Origin: a bacterium
Lineage (GTDB): Bacteria > UBA8248 > JACPRG01 > G963555815
Reading direction: 5' to 3'
Assembly: GCA_965218795.1 (NCBI GenBank)
Contig: OZ244653.1
Span: 3,232,001 to 3,296,000, forward strand
DNA length: 64,000 nt
Positions 17,394 through 27,448 of this stretch are shown here, piece after piece. Below the pieces are notes generated by a model, which searched no databases, had not been told where the DNA came from, and saw nothing but the letters and a program-made list of their open reading frames with translations. Made by a program: the position numbers and the translations under genes. Position 1 is the stretch's first letter. Each line of letters starts with the position of its first letter.

Positions 17394-18614
17394 TCAGCCG
17401 CTGATGGCGGAAAACAGCATCGACTCCCGCGTTTTGTAAGCAGCCTCCCGGCCGTCCACGGTGACCTGCGTGTCGGAAAAGGTCGTGTTCCTCGCCCTGA
17501 GCGCGATGACTTCTCCATCCACCATGATCATCCGAACCGCGGGCACATCTCCATACTCGATGCACTGGAGACCGTCGTTGACGTAACAATCAAGCGGGGC
17601 GTCGATGGCGATCAGGTCGGCCTCGCGGCCGACCTCCACTTTTCCGGTATTCAACCGATAGGCATCGGCCACCGTGCCCGTCGCCATTGCGAGCGCCTTC
17701 TCGGCAGGGATCCCGCACATGGAAGAGACGAACTGTACCGTCCGGATCATTCCGAGCGGCATGACCCCTGCCCCGACAGGGCTATCGGTTCCGATCAAGA
17801 GACGGTGGAGTTGTTCCCTTTCTTTCATCAGCATGACGAAGTCGTACATCGTCCGGTAGTTGCCGTTGCAGATCACTTCAAGGTAGGCGCTCGTTCCCTC
17901 GATGAGCCGCTCGGCCTCGTGCTGAGGCGCCGAAGTGGGTCCCCCGTTGATATGGACCACGACGTCCGGCTGAAGGGCGATCACCTCATCGGCGTACAGC
18001 CTGGCGGAACCGGGAACGGATCGGCCGGCGAAATGCATGGGGACTATCATCCCCACCTCCCGGGCCCAATTCACATAATCCTTCACGTCTTCATACTCGA
18101 AAAGGCCCGTTCCGCCGATCTCCGCAACGACCCGGACCCCTTCCTTCGCCATTTCCTCGAAGTCCGCCTTTGTCAGTCCCTTCTCCAGAAAGATGGCCCC
18201 TCCGTGGACCTTCAGCCCGCCTCCCGGTCGATAGTTCTGGCCCGTCTTGGCCCCGAGGATGGCCAGGGCCTTCACACCGGCGGGGTCGGAGGGACGCCCC
18301 TGGAGGGTAGAGGAGCCCATCGAAACGATGGTGGTCACACCGCCGTGGAGGGCTCCTTCCATCCATCCAATGACGTTCTGCCGGGGGTGCCAGTCCCCAA
18401 TCACGGGATGCGTGTGGGCGTCGATGAGACCCGGAGACACCACCACCCCCTTCACATCGACAATGTGATCCGCGGCGGCGGCGTCCAAATCGTCATGCCT
18501 TCCAAAAGCGGCGATTTTACCCTCCCGGATCAAAACCGTATCGGCATCCAGGATGCCCTGCCGGGTATCCCCGGAGACCAGCTTTCCGATATTCACAATT
18601 GCGATTGATGTCAT
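17394..18614 (-). CDS. Enamidase-like amidohydrolase, paralogue 2
   Basis: NIGKLVSGD, PGLIDAHTH, PRQN, ALHGGVTT, GGAIFLEKGL and HINGGPT, closely following Eubacterium barkeri enamidase (Ena) motifs. Confidence 0.88.
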   Translation of the reverse strand: MTSIAIVNIGKLVSGDTRQGILDADTVLIREGKIAAFGRHDDLDAAAADHIVDVKGVVVSPGLIDAHTHPVIGDWHPRQNVIGWMEGALHGGVTTIVSMGSSTLQGRPSDPAGVKALAILGAKTGQNYRPGGGLKVHGGAIFLEKGLTKADFEEMAKEGVRVVAEIGGTGLFEYEDVKDYVNWAREVGMIVPMHFAGRSVPGSARLYADEVIALQPDVVVHINGGPTSAPQHEAERLIEGTSAYLEVICNGNYRTMYDFVMLMKEREQLHRLLIGTDSPVGAGVMPLGMIRTVQFVSSMCGIPAEKALAMATGTVADAYRLNTGKVEVGREADLIAIDAPLDCYVNDGLQCIEYGDVPAVRMIMVDGEVIALRARNTTFSDTQVTVDGREAAYKTRESMLFSAISG

Positions 18615-18906
18615 TGAACGGCTTCCTCCATTTCCACCACCCCCAACCAACTGGACAAGGACCGGACTCCAAGAGGCTCTCCGACGATGATTTCGATTCA
18701 GGCAATCGGAATTCGGATTCGAAGGCCGAACGACGTCTTCGCTCCCATTCGTGCGGCATCATCCGGTTCATGGAGAATCAATCTCTGCGGCCTGAAGCGA
18801 AACGACTGAGATCCGCGCTTATTTCAAGCCGACGATGACAGTATGCAATTTCCAGAAATTTGCTCTCCATCCCACTCAGCGTTGGTCAACAATGCATTTC
18901 ATCCGG

Positions 18907-20127
18907 TCAACCGGCCCCCGATGAGAACAGGATCCCCTCGCGCGTCGTGAAGGACATCTCCTTCCCGTCCACCTTGATGCGCCGGTCCGTCAAGGTCGTG
19001 TTTCTCGCCCGGTGAGTAATGACCTCGCCGTCCACCATGATCATGGTTACGGCGGGAATGTCTCCAAACTCAATCGCGGCCAGTGCACCGGATACTGCGC
19101 AGTCCCAGGGCGCGTCCATGGCAAGCAGGTCCGCCTCCCGGCCGACCTCCACCTTCCCGGTGTTCAGCCGGTAGGCGTCGGCGACCGAGCCGCTCGACAT
19201 GGCCCAAGCCGTCTCGGCTGGCACTCCGCACAATGATGACACAAACAGGACCGTCCGTAGCATGCCAAGGGGGACCACGCCTGCGCCGACCGGACTATCC
19301 GTCCCGATCAGGACACGATGAAGGAGGTCGCGCTCCTTCATGCGAAGAACAAAGTCGTACATGGTCTTGAAGTTGCCCGTGTAGATCACCTCCAAATACG
19401 CCGGGGTGTCGTCGATGAGACGATCCACTTCCTCAGCCGGTGCGGAGGTCGGTCCGCCGTTGATGTGCACCACCACGTCGGGATGGAAGGCGGCGGCTTC
19501 CTCCGCGTAAATGCAGGCTGAACCCGGAACGGAACGCCCCCCAAAATGCAAGGGGATCACCATGCCGGCTTCACGGGCCCAGTCGAGGTATTCCCGGATA
19601 TCTTCCAGTTCGTGGAGGCCCGCCGCACCCACTTCCGCCACGACCCTGACCCCTTCCGCGGCCATTTCCTCGAAATCCGGTTTTTGCAGGCCCTTTTCGA
19701 GAATGATCGCTCCGCCGTGAAATTTCAGTCCTCCCCCGGGGCGGTGGTTTCGCCCGATCTTGGCCCCGAGGATCGCAAGGGATTTTACGCCCGCCGCATC
19801 GGTCGGACGGCCCTGCACCATCCCCGAGCCCATCGAAACAATCGTTGTGACACCGCCGTGGAGGGCGCTTTCCATCCATCCAATGACGTTCTGCCGGGGG
19901 TGCCAGTCCCCAATCACGGGATGCGTGTGGGCATCGATCAGGCCGGGGGCGACGACCATCCCTTTCATATCGACCAGATGATCCGCACCCGAGACGCCGG
20001 CCTCCCGGTTGTTTCCGATTCGGGCGATTTTCCCGTCCTGGATCAGGATCGTATCGGCATCGAGGAGGCCCTGCCGGCAATCCCCGGAGACGAGCGTTCC
20101 AATATTGACGATGGCGGTCGTAGTCAT
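18907..20127 (-). CDS. Enamidase-like amidohydrolase, paralogue 1
   Basis: Same motifs as 17394-18614 and colinear over the full length. GGAGG RBS. Confidence 0.88.
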   Translation of the reverse strand: MTTTAIVNIGTLVSGDCRQGLLDADTILIQDGKIARIGNNREAGVSGADHLVDMKGMVVAPGLIDAHTHPVIGDWHPRQNVIGWMESALHGGVTTIVSMGSGMVQGRPTDAAGVKSLAILGAKIGRNHRPGGGLKFHGGAIILEKGLQKPDFEEMAAEGVRVVAEVGAAGLHELEDIREYLDWAREAGMVIPLHFGGRSVPGSACIYAEEAAAFHPDVVVHINGGPTSAPAEEVDRLIDDTPAYLEVIYTGNFKTMYDFVLRMKERDLLHRVLIGTDSPVGAGVVPLGMLRTVLFVSSLCGVPAETAWAMSSGSVADAYRLNTGKVEVGREADLLAMDAPWDCAVSGALAAIEFGDIPAVTMIMVDGEVITHRARNTTLTDRRIKVDGKEMSFTTREGILFSSGAG

Positions 20128-20424
20128 CCCACGCCTCCTCCCGGAATGAAGTGGAACCCGAATGGCCGACCGGAACCACTGCCGGGCCGAGCCTTCCCGA
20201 TGGATTCGGGGTTTCCCGAAACCTTAACCTGTTCTGAATCGCCGAGAAACCGGACCATGAATTTGACAGTACCTTGCAGGAAGAAATTAGCGTAGAATAA
20301 TGGGAAATTGGAAGAGAACGAGAGGAAGAGGCGCAGGCAGGGTGGGTGGTGATGTGTGTCTGTGACTCCTTATCACCTCTCGAATGATCAATATCGGAAA
20401 TCATCCAGGGGATAGACTGAGCCC

Positions 20425-21285
20425 ATGTGGCGACAATTCGAATACTACGAGCCGGATAGTGTCGAGGAGGCCTGTGAGCACCTTGATCGGCACGGGGACG
20501 AGGCGCAAATTCTCGCCGGCGGAACGGCCCTGCTGAAGCTCATGAAGCTTCGCATCGCCCGGCCGGCGGCTCTGCTCAACGTCAAGAAGATTCCGGGATT
20601 GGGCTACATCGAGAGCCAAAACGGAAGCGGCCTCCGAATCGGCGGACTGGCCATTTACCGCGAGCTCGAACGGGGGCATCACGGACACGCCTACCTTGCG
20701 CACGTCGCGAGCGACGTTGGCTCCGTTCAGGTGCGGAACATCGCGACCGTCTCAGGAGCCCTTTGTCTGGCCGAACCCTCCTCGGACATCGGTCCGGTCC
20801 TGATGACCCTCGACGCCGAAGCGGAGTTGACCTCCAAAGGAGGCAAGCGCACCGTCGCCATCAACGATTTTTTCGAGGACGCCTTCGAATCCCGGAAGAA
20901 TCCCGACGAAATGATGACCGAGATTCGGGTCCCGCCGATGACCGCGGGCGCCGGTTGGGATTATCAGAAGTTTTGCCTCCGGCGCGGGTTCGACATTGCC
21001 GTTGTGGGGGTTGCGGCAGTCGTCGAGCGGGACGGGGATGCGATTCGCTCCGCGAAGATCGCCGTGGGCGCCACGCAACCGACGCCGTTCCGGCACCCCG
21101 AAGCGGAGGCCATGGTCGCCGGACAGACCTTCTCGGAAGAACTCTGCCGCGCGGCCGGCGAACAGGTTGCGGACGGGTTGGAGGGTATCACCGACGTCCG
21201 TGCATCGGGAACATACCGGGTCCACCTCACCAAGATCCTCGTTGGGCGCGCCCTGGCGGAAGCCTTCCAGCGCGCCGAGGCTTGA
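20425..21285 (+). CDS. Xanthine dehydrogenase-family FAD-binding subunit (CoxM/CutM type)
   Basis: Motifs LAGGTAL, QVRNIATVSG and DVRASGTYR. Confidence 0.92.
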   Translation: MWRQFEYYEPDSVEEACEHLDRHGDEAQILAGGTALLKLMKLRIARPAALLNVKKIPGLGYIESQNGSGLRIGGLAIYRELERGHHGHAYLAHVASDVGSVQVRNIATVSGALCLAEPSSDIGPVLMTLDAEAELTSKGGKRTVAINDFFEDAFESRKNPDEMMTEIRVPPMTAGAGWDYQKFCLRRGFDIAVVGVAAVVERDGDAIRSAKIAVGATQPTPFRHPEAEAMVAGQTFSEELCRAAGEQVADGLEGITDVRASGTYRVHLTKILVGRALAEAFQRAEA

Positions 21286-21307
21286 TTCCGGAAAAACCGG
21301 AGGAACC

Positions 21308-21781
21308 ATGCGGAAAGACATCGAAATCTCGGTCAACGGAGAGGACTACGATCTCAACATCCCCGTTCACCGGACGCTGCTTCACACGCTGCGCTACGAC
21401 CTGGGCTTGACCGGGACGAAAGAAGGATGCGGCCAGCACGAGTGCGGCGCTTGCACGGTCCTGATGGACGATCTGCCCGTATGCTCGTGCTCCATCCTGG
21501 CTGTGGATGCCGACAGAAAGCGCGTGACGACCATCGAGGGGCTCGCGGAGGACGGGAAGCTTCACCCGCTTCAGGAGACCTTCGTGAACTGCGGGGCCAT
21601 TCAATGCGGCTACTGCACGCCCGGCCAGATCATGTGCGGCGTGGCGTTGTTGAACGAGAAGAAAAATCCCTCAGACGAGGAAGTCCGCATGTGGATGAGC
21701 GGCAACCTCTGCCGCTGCACCGGGTATCAGAAAATCCGGGAGGCCCTTCACGAAGCCGCGAAGATCATGTCGGGCAACTAA
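21308..21781 (+). CDS. Xanthine dehydrogenase-family 2x[2Fe-2S] subunit
   Basis: Motifs GTKEGCGQHECGACTV, QCGYCTPG and GNLCRCTGY. AGGA RBS. Confidence 0.95.
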   Translation: MRKDIEISVNGEDYDLNIPVHRTLLHTLRYDLGLTGTKEGCGQHECGACTVLMDDLPVCSCSILAVDADRKRVTTIEGLAEDGKLHPLQETFVNCGAIQCGYCTPGQIMCGVALLNEKKNPSDEEVRMWMSGNLCRCTGYQKIREALHEAAKIMSGN

Positions 21782-21904
21782 CATTTCACGGACGGGGACC
21801 GCTCGGGCCGGACAACCCGCTTACCCTGACGTCCTGGTTGTTCGAGATATTGGGCGGTTTGCTGTTTTCGGATAATGCTGACACGCGCGCAGGAGCGTTT
21901 CATC

Positions 21905-24214
21905 ATGAGTGAATTTTCGATCATCGGAACGCGGGCCGCGAACATCGAGGCCGCGGAGAAATCCCGGGGAGGGGGGACCTACGTATCCGACCAGATCCTG
22001 CCGGGCATGCTTTGGGGGAAGATCCTCCATAGCCCGTTCCCCCACGCCCGCATCCTCTCCATCGATACCTCCAAAGCGGAATCCCTTCCGGGCGTGCGAG
22101 CCGTCGTGACGGCGGAGGACACCCCCAAGAAGCCATACGGGGCCATCATTCCGGATGAGCCGATCCTGTCGGTGGACAAGGTCCGCTTTGCCGGCGAGGA
22201 GGTCGCCGCGGTGGCGGCATCCGACCCCGACGCGGCCGAGGAAGCCCTGGAGCTGATCGAGGTCGCCTATGAGCCCTTGCCTACGTACGGGACGATGGAA
22301 GAAGCCCTGGCGGCGGGGGGCGATCCGATCCACGCGGACAAGCCCGATAACGTCGCCTACAAGCTGAGCCTGAACCGGGGCGACGTGGATGCGGCCATGA
22401 AGAGCGCCGAGGTCGTCGTCGAGAACGAGATCAAGACCTCGATGGTGCACCAAGCCTATATGGAGCCCATCGCCGCCGTGGCGGACTGGAAGCCAAGCGG
22501 AAAACTGACCCTTCACGCATCCGTCCAGCATCCCGGCATGGTCCGCTTCGTCTACGGACCGGCCCTGGGGATCGATCCGGCGGACGTCCGCATCATCCAG
22601 TCGTTCATCGGCGGCGCGTTCGGCTCGAAGTTCGAGCACAGCGTGCACCTCATTGCGGCGCTCCTCTCGCGAAAGTCCGGCAAGCCGGTCCGGCTGGTTT
22701 TCACGCGCGAGGAGGAATTTCTGGCCGCACGTCCCCGTCTGCCCATGAACATCTCCGTGCGACTGGGCGGGATGAAGGACGGAACGCTCACCGCCAAATC
22801 CATGAGCATCATCGCCGATAACGGCGCCTACACCGATTACGGGGTCGCCATCGCCGGAACGACGGCCTACCGGATGGACCAGTGCTACCGCATCCCGAAC
22901 CTCCTCTCGGACCTCCGGCTGGTCTACACCAACCGCGCGCCGACGGGGGCCTACCGGGGATTCGGGAACCCGCAGGGCAACATGGCCCTGGACACGTCTA
23001 TCGACATGTTGGCAGAGGAGATCGGCCTGGACCCCGCGGAGGTCAGGCTGAAGAACATTGTCCGCACAGGCGACGTGACCTCCTTCGGCTGGAAGATGAA
23101 CAGCGCCGGGGGGGCCGAGTGCATTGAGAAAACCGTGGCCGCCTGCGGCTGGAAGGAAAAACGGGAAAAGTTCGCCGGACAAACGGGATCGAAGAAGCGG
23201 GGCATCGGGATGTCAGCCTGCATTCATGTTTCGGGCAACCGGGGCATCTTCAAGGAGTTCGACGGCTCCTCCGCCATCCTCCGGCTCTCCGAGAACGGAA
23301 AGCTCCTGGTGATTTCCGGAGAGGTGGACTACGGACAGGGCAGCCGGACGGTCATGGCCCAAGTGGCCGCTGAGGTCATGGGCATGAAACTGGAGGACGT
23401 GGAGGTCTCAGGCGTGGATACGGATGTGACGCCCCTCTGCCTGGGGGCATTCGCGACGCGAACCACCACCGTCGCGGGCCTCGCCGTCATCGACGCCGCC
23501 TCAAAGGTTCGAAAAGAGTTGCTGGAAGCCGCGGCGGAGACCCTGGAAGCCTCAGCGGACGATCTGGATATCCGCGATGGGCGGGTCTTCGTAAAAGCGG
23601 CCCCGGATCGCTCTACGTCCGTCCGGGAAGCCGCCCGCCATGCGGTCTTCAACAAAAACGCGGGCAATCCCATCGTTCAGCGAGGGGAGTACAACGCGGA
23701 CAAGGCGGGGGTCGAGTATCCGGACCCCGCCACCAAACAGGGCAACCTGTCGACGGCATATCCATTCGCCGCGCACGTGGTGGAGGTGGAGGTAGACGAG
23801 GAAACGGGCCAGGTCCATGTGGAAGGATTCTGGGGGGCGCACGACGTCGGCCGGGTCATCAACCTGCTCACGGCCGAGGGGCAGGTGGAAGGCGGCTTCG
23901 CCCAGGGGATGGGCTACGCCCTGATGGAAAATATCCACTACAACAACGGTACGGTCGAGAACCCCAATTTCTACGACTACCGTATCCCGACGCAGTTGGA
24001 TGTCCCGGACCGCATCGAGTCGCTGTGGGTCGAATCCAATGATCCCCTGGGGCCTTTCGGCGCCAAAGGCATCGGCGAGCCGAGCCTGGTTCCGGTTGCC
24101 GCAGCGGTCGCCAACGCCATCCACAACGCCGTCGGCATCCGCATCCATGACATGCCCTACTCGCCGGAAAAAGTCCTCGCGGCCCTGGAGGCGAAAAAAA
24201 CAAACGAACGGTAA
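21905..24214 (+). CDS. Xanthine dehydrogenase-family molybdopterin-binding subunit
   Basis: Motifs HQAYMEP, IGGAFGSK, AYRGFGNPQ, GQVEGG and GAKGIGEP. It lacks the CO dehydrogenase AYxCSFR motif. Confidence 0.93.
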   Translation: MSEFSIIGTRAANIEAAEKSRGGGTYVSDQILPGMLWGKILHSPFPHARILSIDTSKAESLPGVRAVVTAEDTPKKPYGAIIPDEPILSVDKVRFAGEEVAAVAASDPDAAEEALELIEVAYEPLPTYGTMEEALAAGGDPIHADKPDNVAYKLSLNRGDVDAAMKSAEVVVENEIKTSMVHQAYMEPIAAVADWKPSGKLTLHASVQHPGMVRFVYGPALGIDPADVRIIQSFIGGAFGSKFEHSVHLIAALLSRKSGKPVRLVFTREEEFLAARPRLPMNISVRLGGMKDGTLTAKSMSIIADNGAYTDYGVAIAGTTAYRMDQCYRIPNLLSDLRLVYTNRAPTGAYRGFGNPQGNMALDTSIDMLAEEIGLDPAEVRLKNIVRTGDVTSFGWKMNSAGGAECIEKTVAACGWKEKREKFAGQTGSKKRGIGMSACIHVSGNRGIFKEFDGSSAILRLSENGKLLVISGEVDYGQGSRTVMAQVAAEVMGMKLEDVEVSGVDTDVTPLCLGAFATRTTTVAGLAVIDAASKVRKELLEAAAETLEASADDLDIRDGRVFVKAAPDRSTSVREAARHAVFNKNAGNPIVQRGEYNADKAGVEYPDPATKQGNLSTAYPFAAHVVEVEVDEETGQVHVEGFWGAHDVGRVINLLTAEGQVEGGFAQGMGYALMENIHYNNGTVENPNFYDYRIPTQLDVPDRIESLWVESNDPLGPFGAKGIGEPSLVPVAAAVANAIHNAVGIRIHDMPYSPEKVLAALEAKKTNER

Positions 24215-24220
24215 GAAAAT

Positions 24221-24384
24221 CCTGGGGGGACATTTTGGGCACTGGCGTGCCGGCCGTTTCGCGGATGAGGATTTGTCTCTGAATCAGATCTTTGTGGCGC
24301 ATTGCCTTGCGATGGCCTCCTGGCCAGGCATGCGAGTGCTGAGAACCGACACAGTGTGTCTCCCCCCAGCCCCCCCTCGAATAC
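24221..24384 (+). repeat. Palindromic intergenic element, copy B
   Basis: Homologous to copy A. Outer arms CTGGGGGGACA/TGTCTCCCCCCAG; inner stem GCGTGCC/GGCATGC. An inverted REP-like unit follows at 24610-24655. Confidence 0.8.
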
Positions 24385-24656
24385 TTTCCATACGCAATGG
24401 GTGCTTCGCACCTCATCGCAACAGTTATTGTTTTCTGGTAGCGCACATGGCGCGCTATCAGAAAACCGGCTCTTCGGCCGGATGCGGGAGCATTCCACAG
24501 GAATGCGCACATCCGGACAACGAAGTTCACGATCCGCACTGACAGACCAGCGCTCAGCCGACCAAACCCACACCGCGCGAGCAGGCCGGGCTTGAGCCCG
24601 GCCGTCAGAAGTTCCAAGGGGGTCTGGGGGGCGTCTTTCAAAAGGCCCCTCGAAAC

Positions 24657-25502
24657 TTAAAGAATGCTTTTCAGGTATTCACGGAAGGGAGCGGCCAGGT
24701 CGGGACGGCTGAGGGCGACTTGCGTGACGGCCTTCAGGTACCCCAGAGGCTTTCCTACGTCCAGGCGCTCATCCGGGCAGATCTTCGCGACCACGCGGCC
24801 CCTCGCGGACAAACGGTTGATAGCCAGCGGCTGGACGACTTCGGGGTCGGAGGCGTCGTCCCAGCAGGCTCGGATGGCGGAGAATATCTCCGGAGTGAAC
24901 AGATATCGCCCGAGCACCCCATAGCGGCTGGGAGCGTTTTCCCGCCCCGGTTTCTCGACGATCTTCTGCACACGAACCGGGTCTTTCGTGAAATCGCCTG
25001 CGACCAGCGCCAGGTGCTCCAGCTCGGATTCCTCGCATTCAAACAGAGACAAGACCGTACGCTTCGTCTTGTGATGAGCCTGGACGAGCCTCTTGGTCAA
25101 AGGATAGCGGGAGAGCAGTACGTCATCCGGATGGGCGACGACAAAAGGCTCTTTTCGGACGAACGGCTCACAGCACAGCAGAGCATCCCCCGTCCCCAGC
25201 ATCTCCTTTTGGCGGATGAAGGTAATCATCGCCTCCGGCGGCTCCAGTTTGTCCAGCAACGCCTTCCTACGCTTGGCGGAGAGATGGGTTTCCAGTTCGA
25301 TTTCCCGGTCGAAGTAATCCTCCAGCGCCTTTTTCCGCCGGTTGGTGACGATCAGGATCTCCTTCACGCCGGACCGCAAAAACTCATCCACGATCCAGTG
25401 GATCGCGGGGGTATCCACCAGCGGAAGGAGCTCTTTGGGGACCGTCTTGGTCACGGGAAGGAGCCGGGTTCCGTAACCGGCAGCGAGGATGACGCCCTTC
25501 AT
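24657..25502 (-). CDS. galU: UTP-glucose-1-phosphate uridylyltransferase
   Basis: Motifs AAGYGTRLLPVTKTVPKELLP, LEDYFD, VEKP and GRYLFTPEIF. Confidence 0.88.
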   Translation of the reverse strand: MKGVILAAGYGTRLLPVTKTVPKELLPLVDTPAIHWIVDEFLRSGVKEILIVTNRRKKALEDYFDREIELETHLSAKRRKALLDKLEPPEAMITFIRQKEMLGTGDALLCCEPFVRKEPFVVAHPDDVLLSRYPLTKRLVQAHHKTKRTVLSLFECEESELEHLALVAGDFTKDPVRVQKIVEKPGRENAPSRYGVLGRYLFTPEIFSAIRACWDDASDPEVVQPLAINRLSARGRVVAKICPDERLDVGKPLGYLKAVTQVALSRPDLAAPFREYLKSIL

Positions 25503-25792
25503 TCAAGCACCCCGATCAAAAAGTCGCCCTCGGCGGTGAAACCTCGAGTTCACCGGGAGACATGGGTCGCCGTGGCATTCGAACTCTACACCAGCGCCAT
25601 CCGGATGCCAAGGATCGGGCGTTCGGCGAGTTGAAACATGAGCTCCGGAGAATACACAATCCTGATAGGCAACCCGTTCCACTCACTGAGGAGAGGATGA
25701 AATCTCCCGGATCGTCATTGCGGAACAAAGGGTAACGGGCTGAGTCGGGAGGACGGGGAAACTGGGATCCACGGCGGTCAAGGAGGAATCCT

Positions 25793-26533
25793 TTGATTCA
25801 AGACAACGCAAATCGGTTGAGCGGGCAGTCGGCCATTGTGACCGGCGCAGGCAGGGGGATCGGCCGAATCCTGGCCTTGACGCTTGCCGACGAGGGCGCG
25901 CGCGTCGTCGTCTCCGGACGAAACGTCAAGAACCTGGAAGGGGTCGCCGGGGAAATCCGGATCTCGAAGGCGGAAGCCGTTGTCATCCCCTGCGATGTCA
26001 CCCGACGGGATCAGGTCGAGACGCTCGTGGATAAAACCCAGGAAGCCTTTGGGACGGTCGATCTTCTTGTCAACAACGCCGGGGTCGCCGGCTCCATTGG
26101 CCTGCTGGTGGATGTCGAGGAGGCGGAGTGGGACGCCATTATGGAGACCAACGCCAAGGGCGTGTTTCTCATGACCCAGGCCGTATTGCCAACGATGATG
26201 AAGAAAAAATCCGGGCACATTGTCACGATTTCATCCTCGGGCGGCACACCCAAGAGCCGGAACTCGGGGACCATTCCATACAGCATGTCCAAGTGGGCCG
26301 TCGAGGGCATGCGTCACACCTTGGCGATGCAGCTTGAGCCTTACGGCATTCGCGTCAACAACCTCTCGCCCGGCCTGACCCTGAATGATCTTCAGAAGGG
26401 GCGTTCCACGGTGGAGCGGATTTTGAGCCTTCGGGAAAGCGTGCGCTGGAACGAATGGGTGGCGGAGTCTTTTCGATATCTGGTCTGCGAAACAGGCGGC
26501 TTGACGGGGGTCCATATTGCCGCCCCTGAATGA
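25793..26533 (+). CDS. Short-chain dehydrogenase/reductase
   Basis: TGAGRGIG, VNNAG and YSMSK (YxxxK). TTG start after AGGAGG. Confidence 0.9.
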   Translation: MIQDNANRLSGQSAIVTGAGRGIGRILALTLADEGARVVVSGRNVKNLEGVAGEIRISKAEAVVIPCDVTRRDQVETLVDKTQEAFGTVDLLVNNAGVAGSIGLLVDVEEAEWDAIMETNAKGVFLMTQAVLPTMMKKKSGHIVTISSSGGTPKSRNSGTIPYSMSKWAVEGMRHTLAMQLEPYGIRVNNLSPGLTLNDLQKGRSTVERILSLRESVRWNEWVAESFRYLVCETGGLTGVHIAAPE

Positions 26534-26640
26534 GACGCCGAAAACGGAATCGAAAGGGAGCTGACTACAGAAACGAAAATTCGGGCTTTTCTGGAAAATT
26601 GAACGAGGCCGGCGGGCTATCGTCTCTTTTGGCCCCCGTT

Positions 26641-27417
26641 TCAGTAAGGCGGCCAGGGGTAATGCTTGTGGTGGGTGGGGGACGGATAAACGAGCTCGTC
26701 CAGAATGATTTCCAGCCGCAGCTTCATTGACTCCATCTCCTCCGTCGAGAGGAGCTCGCTCAGCGAGCCCGCGATCGGCTGATCCTGATCCAGAATCTCC
26801 TGGAACCCCTTGACCTGCGGCAGGAATTCCCGGGGAATGGGATCATCCCGAAATTCCCAGATGACGGTGCGAAGTTTGGGGTAGGCGTGGAAGGCGAGCC
26901 CGTGGTCAATCCCCCAGACGCGTCCGTCCGTCCCCAGAAAACAATGGCCCGCCTTTCGATCCGCGTTGTTGATGATCATGTCAAACAGCGCGATTCGCTT
27001 GAGGGCGTCCGGATGGTTCTCTTGAAGGGTCGCGTAATCCGCCTCCTCATTCGGGGGCACATACAACTGAAGCGAGCCCACCCCATGGGGACCGGATCGG
27101 ATGACCGTCGGCGGAACCAGCCCCCAGCCCATCGCCTCGCTGACGATAAAGGCCGCCGCCTCGCGCTTGTACAGGCACTTGGGAAAATCCCAAAGCGGGG
27201 CCTCTCCCTCCAGCGGCTTGTAGATGGCGAGGAAGCTGGAATCCTCCTCGAAGGTCACGGGAACCGCAAACGTGTAGTTGGATCCCCAGGGCACAAGCTC
27301 GGGTGCGCCAAGGTCGCCTTCCAGCAACATCCGGCAAGCCTCTTTGACAGAGACCGCCTTGGGGACTGCCGCTGCGGATTCCTCCAGTGACTGTTCGGGC
27401 GCGTTGTCTGTCGCCAT
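26641..27417 (-). CDS. SCO1664-family protein (PI3/PI4-kinase-like fold)
   Basis: GSNYTF, AIYKP..GEAPLWDFP, REAAA, NNADRKAGH, GIDHGL and KLRTVIW. GGAGG RBS before 27417. Confidence 0.88.
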   Translation of the reverse strand: MATDNAPEQSLEESAAAVPKAVSVKEACRMLLEGDLGAPELVPWGSNYTFAVPVTFEEDSSFLAIYKPLEGEAPLWDFPKCLYKREAAAFIVSEAMGWGLVPPTVIRSGPHGVGSLQLYVPPNEEADYATLQENHPDALKRIALFDMIINNADRKAGHCFLGTDGRVWGIDHGLAFHAYPKLRTVIWEFRDDPIPREFLPQVKGFQEILDQDQPIAGSLSELLSTEEMESMKLRLEIILDELVYPSPTHHKHYPWPPY

Positions 27418-27448
27418 GGTGGATATCACCCTCCCTTCCGGGAAGCTC

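Noticed and set aside
17055-18608. Long + strand ORF (517 aa) and similar long antisense ORFs (35386-36885, 42363-43631, 55943-57343, 9264-10196)
   Set aside because: They mirror well-supported opposite-strand genes in GC-rich DNA and show no recognisable motifs.
21905-24214. Aerobic CO dehydrogenase (coxMSL gene order)
   Set aside because: The active-site loop is AYRGFG, not the form I AYxCSFR motif, and no cox accessory genes are present.
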